Below are positions 61,600 through 64,000 of a stretch of 64,000 nucleotides of DNA, in pieces (positions within the stretch are counted from its first letter, which is position 1; the number at the start of each line of letters is the position of its first letter). A program made the position numbers and the translations under genes. This stretch comes from Hamiltosporidium tvaerminnensis FI-OER-3-3. Lineage: Eukaryota; Fungi; Microsporidia. The stretch is from positions 1,302,001 to 1,366,000 of the forward strand of contig CM061246.1 of assembly GCA_022605425.2 (NCBI GenBank). The letters run 5' to 3'. The notes beneath the pieces were generated by a model, which did no database searches, was not told the DNA's origin, and saw only the letters and a program-made list of their open reading frames with translations.

Positions 61600-61770
61600 A
61601 AGTATTAGTATTAAAGAGTAAGTAGTATTAGTATTAAAGAGTATTAGTATTAAAAAGTATTGGTATTAAAAAGTATTGGTATTAAAGAGTATTGGTATTA
61701 AAGAGTATTGGTGATTAAAGAGTATTGGTATTAAAGAGTATTGGTGATTAAGAGTTATTAGTATTAAAGA
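61600..61770. repeat. GTATTAAAGA(GTATTG) minisatellite upstream of NCB2
   Basis: Directly visible. Confidence 0.85.
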
Positions 61771-61904
61771 ATAAGAAGATGTTTATAAGAATAGAGGGTA
61801 AATAACAATAAAAATACTTTTTTAGGATTTTATAATTTTTTTTATTGACAAATAAAATTTTGAGAAAAAAAAATATTTTCTTATTTAGCTTAGAAAAGAA
61901 ATTT

Positions 61905-63544
61905 TTATTTAATAAAATTCTGGGTTAACAAATTTTTCTTTTTAAATAATTCTTTCCACCATTTCAACCACTTCTATCTCTTCCTCCAACTCCAACTCCA
62001 ACTCTTCATTTGTATTAGTTGTTGGTTCCTTTGCTGTGGTTATGCCATCCAAAATAAGGGGTAAAATATTTTTTGTATTTTCCGTTTTAACATCATCTTC
62101 CTCGTTGTCTACTTGCTTTAAAGGGGGTATTGGTTGTTTATGCATCTCAGCTCCTAAGATAACACTTAATGATGCTCTCTCCCAGCTCTCCTCGGCATTT
62201 GGACCAGACTCAAGTCCTCTTCGTCGATCAAAAGAAATTGTTTCGACTGTCTTCTTGAGTACTATGGATTGTATATATGCCTCTACATTCATGGGTATTT
62301 GCAGTCTCTTAACATACGTCTTATGGTATTTTGTCACAATACCATCCCAGGTCATCACATAAGGAATTATCTCTACATTGCATTTATAAATAAGACCTAA
62401 CTCATTTGCTAATAGGTCATACTTCCTAAGCTTCTCTGTTTCAACTATTTGAAGAGAGTCTTGGGATGTGATTCCTACTTCAATGAGGGTTATCCTATTC
62501 TGTCTCTTGTCTAAAATAAATATATCTGGTCTGTTACACCGGATCTTGACATCAGTTTTTATTCTGGTGTCCACTCTTATCTCTGCATATTCGTTATCAG
62601 AATTTCTTGAACTGAGTGGCTTCTAATTCGTTTCGAAGACTTAAACTTATATTTATTCAGCAAGAGTAAATGTATACATCGTACCACTTCATTATGTCGT
62701 CTAGTATAGTCGTGACCAAGCATTTTTTCACATCTCGTTGCTAAGTGATCAACAGTTTTCCTAGACTGGTTGCAGTGTTGACACATACCTTCTGCACCCC
62801 AGAAAACATTTCTATCCTGGATATAACAGAACACTGCTTCATCACGTGGTCTTACACTTCCTTTCTTTAACCATCTTGAGGAGTCATTTACACTTACCAG
62901 CTCGTTATTTCTAGCGCTATATAACTTTGAATGTAGTTTTCGGTTTTTGATTTCGTTATATAGGTTAGCTAGTTGAGCTTCTTCAATTTCTTTTTGGTGA
63001 CTTCCTCTTCCAACCCGTATTTTATTTTTAAAAGTTTTTAATTAGTGAAAGGTGGGTTTTATTATTATTCTCAACCTTTAGGATTGCTGCTCTTCTGGTC
63101 GATGTATCTTTATGTTTTTCCAGACAATCCAAGAGTTGCAAAAGCATATGTTCGCTTTTGAACTCGACACTATGTAAACCTCTTCCAAGTTCTTTACGTG
63201 GAAGGTATAGACGTTCTTTGCATCCTGGGCGTAGATGTATTTTGTTCTTTACTAACACTGCACGCACCGCATCATCTAACTTAGAGAAGTCAGCCGGTTC
63301 AAGTTGGAGTACACCTATATGATAGTTTAGTAAAGAAATTGCATGTTGATTAATGGCTTGAAATAAATTTCTTGCATTTAATCTCGTGCGACAAAGTCTT
63401 TCTACTCGTGCTATAAGTTTGGTCTGTACTTCCTCAAACGACTTACTTGTTGGAATTCCTCTGCTATCTTCTATAATTCCAAGGTATTTATAAACACCTA
63501 TTCCTTCAAGAAGAGTAGCAGTATCTTCACAACATGGATCATTT
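61905..63544 (-). mobile_element. 5'-truncated R4-type non-LTR copy (second subfamily)
   Basis: YKYLG through RLYLPRKELGRGL, CQHC..HLATRC, RHN, RPDI/IEVG/EKLRKY and the 3' terminus; contains frameshifts. Confidence 0.92.
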
Positions 63545-63720
63545 TAGAAAAGAAAAATAAATTATTGGTAAAAAAAAATATTTTATTTTTCGCATTTATT
63601 TTAGAAAAGTGGGGAAGAGTACAAGAGGAGTGGAATAAGTAATATATCTTAATCGGGAGAAAAATTGTTAGTAAAAAAAATATTTTAATTTTACTTTGTA
63701 AAAAATATTCTTTATTTAAA

Positions 63721-64000
63721 AAATATCATATGTTCTTTAACGGGTCATGTGCTATATTTGTTTTCATGGTATGAATACAATTTTAGGTTTAACATAAATA
63801 AATGCTGCCCCCAATACTATTATTATTTCATAAAATACTTAGAATCATTCAATTTTTAATCTAAAAGGTATGTAGAACCCAATTAATAGGCAAGACAGTC
63901 GACCAGTTTTCGGTAATTGCTTGGCATGGAGTTTGATTGTAGGTAGAACCCACATGAGTCTCTCCTAAGACTATGCAGCATCCCCACATACTCTACACTT
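63721..64000 (-). repeat. dispersed element family A, copy 5 (3' part; cut by window end)
   Basis: CCTAAGACTATGCAGCAT and TTTTAGGTTTAACATAAATAA are shared with copy 3 on the same strand; same terminus. Confidence 0.8.

Noticed and set aside
716-62362. Short antisense or overlapping ORFs in the track (e.g. 716-919, 8215-8520, 41242-41475, 59369-59686, 61132-61512, 62036-62362)
   Set aside because: Shadows of real genes or TE frames.
1-64000. tRNA and rRNA genes
   Set aside because: No cloverleaf with T-loop consensus and no rRNA signatures seen by eye.

Overview
This is very AT-rich, gene-sparse eukaryotic DNA that looks like a large-genome microsporidian. The signs are divergent fungal-type housekeeping genes, CCC motifs just upstream of start codons, 20-23 nt GT-AG introns, and KGVN/QHPVN repeat inserts; Hamiltosporidium-like is an inference. 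Recognisable genes are OGG1 plus a 272-aa neighbour (present twice as an inverted duplication, second OGG1 with a nonsense codon), CTP synthase, a spliced BolA missed by the ORF track, PP4R3/Psy2, a signal-peptide HAD pyrimidine-nucleotidase-like protein, NAA10/ARD1, spliced TRS20/sedlin, a polysaccharide deacetylase, RPS20, ECT1/PCYT2, RPC3/RPC82 and NC2-beta. A ~156-nt RNase MRP-type RNA gene at 43771-43926 folds by eye into P1/P2/P3/P4/P7/P19. Mobile DNA comprises one near-full-length R4/Dong-type RLE non-LTR element with many truncated or mosaic copies, two hAT (Buster/Charlie-like) derivatives at the duplication breakpoints, and a short RTE-like bipartite element. The features least explained by known families are a ~700-bp dispersed element with shared ends (5 long and 2 partial copies), a duplicated 37-aa signal-peptide micro-ORF with an amplified upstream motif, and a strand-polarised AAGGGTGTTA motif that runs through both coding and flanking DNA.
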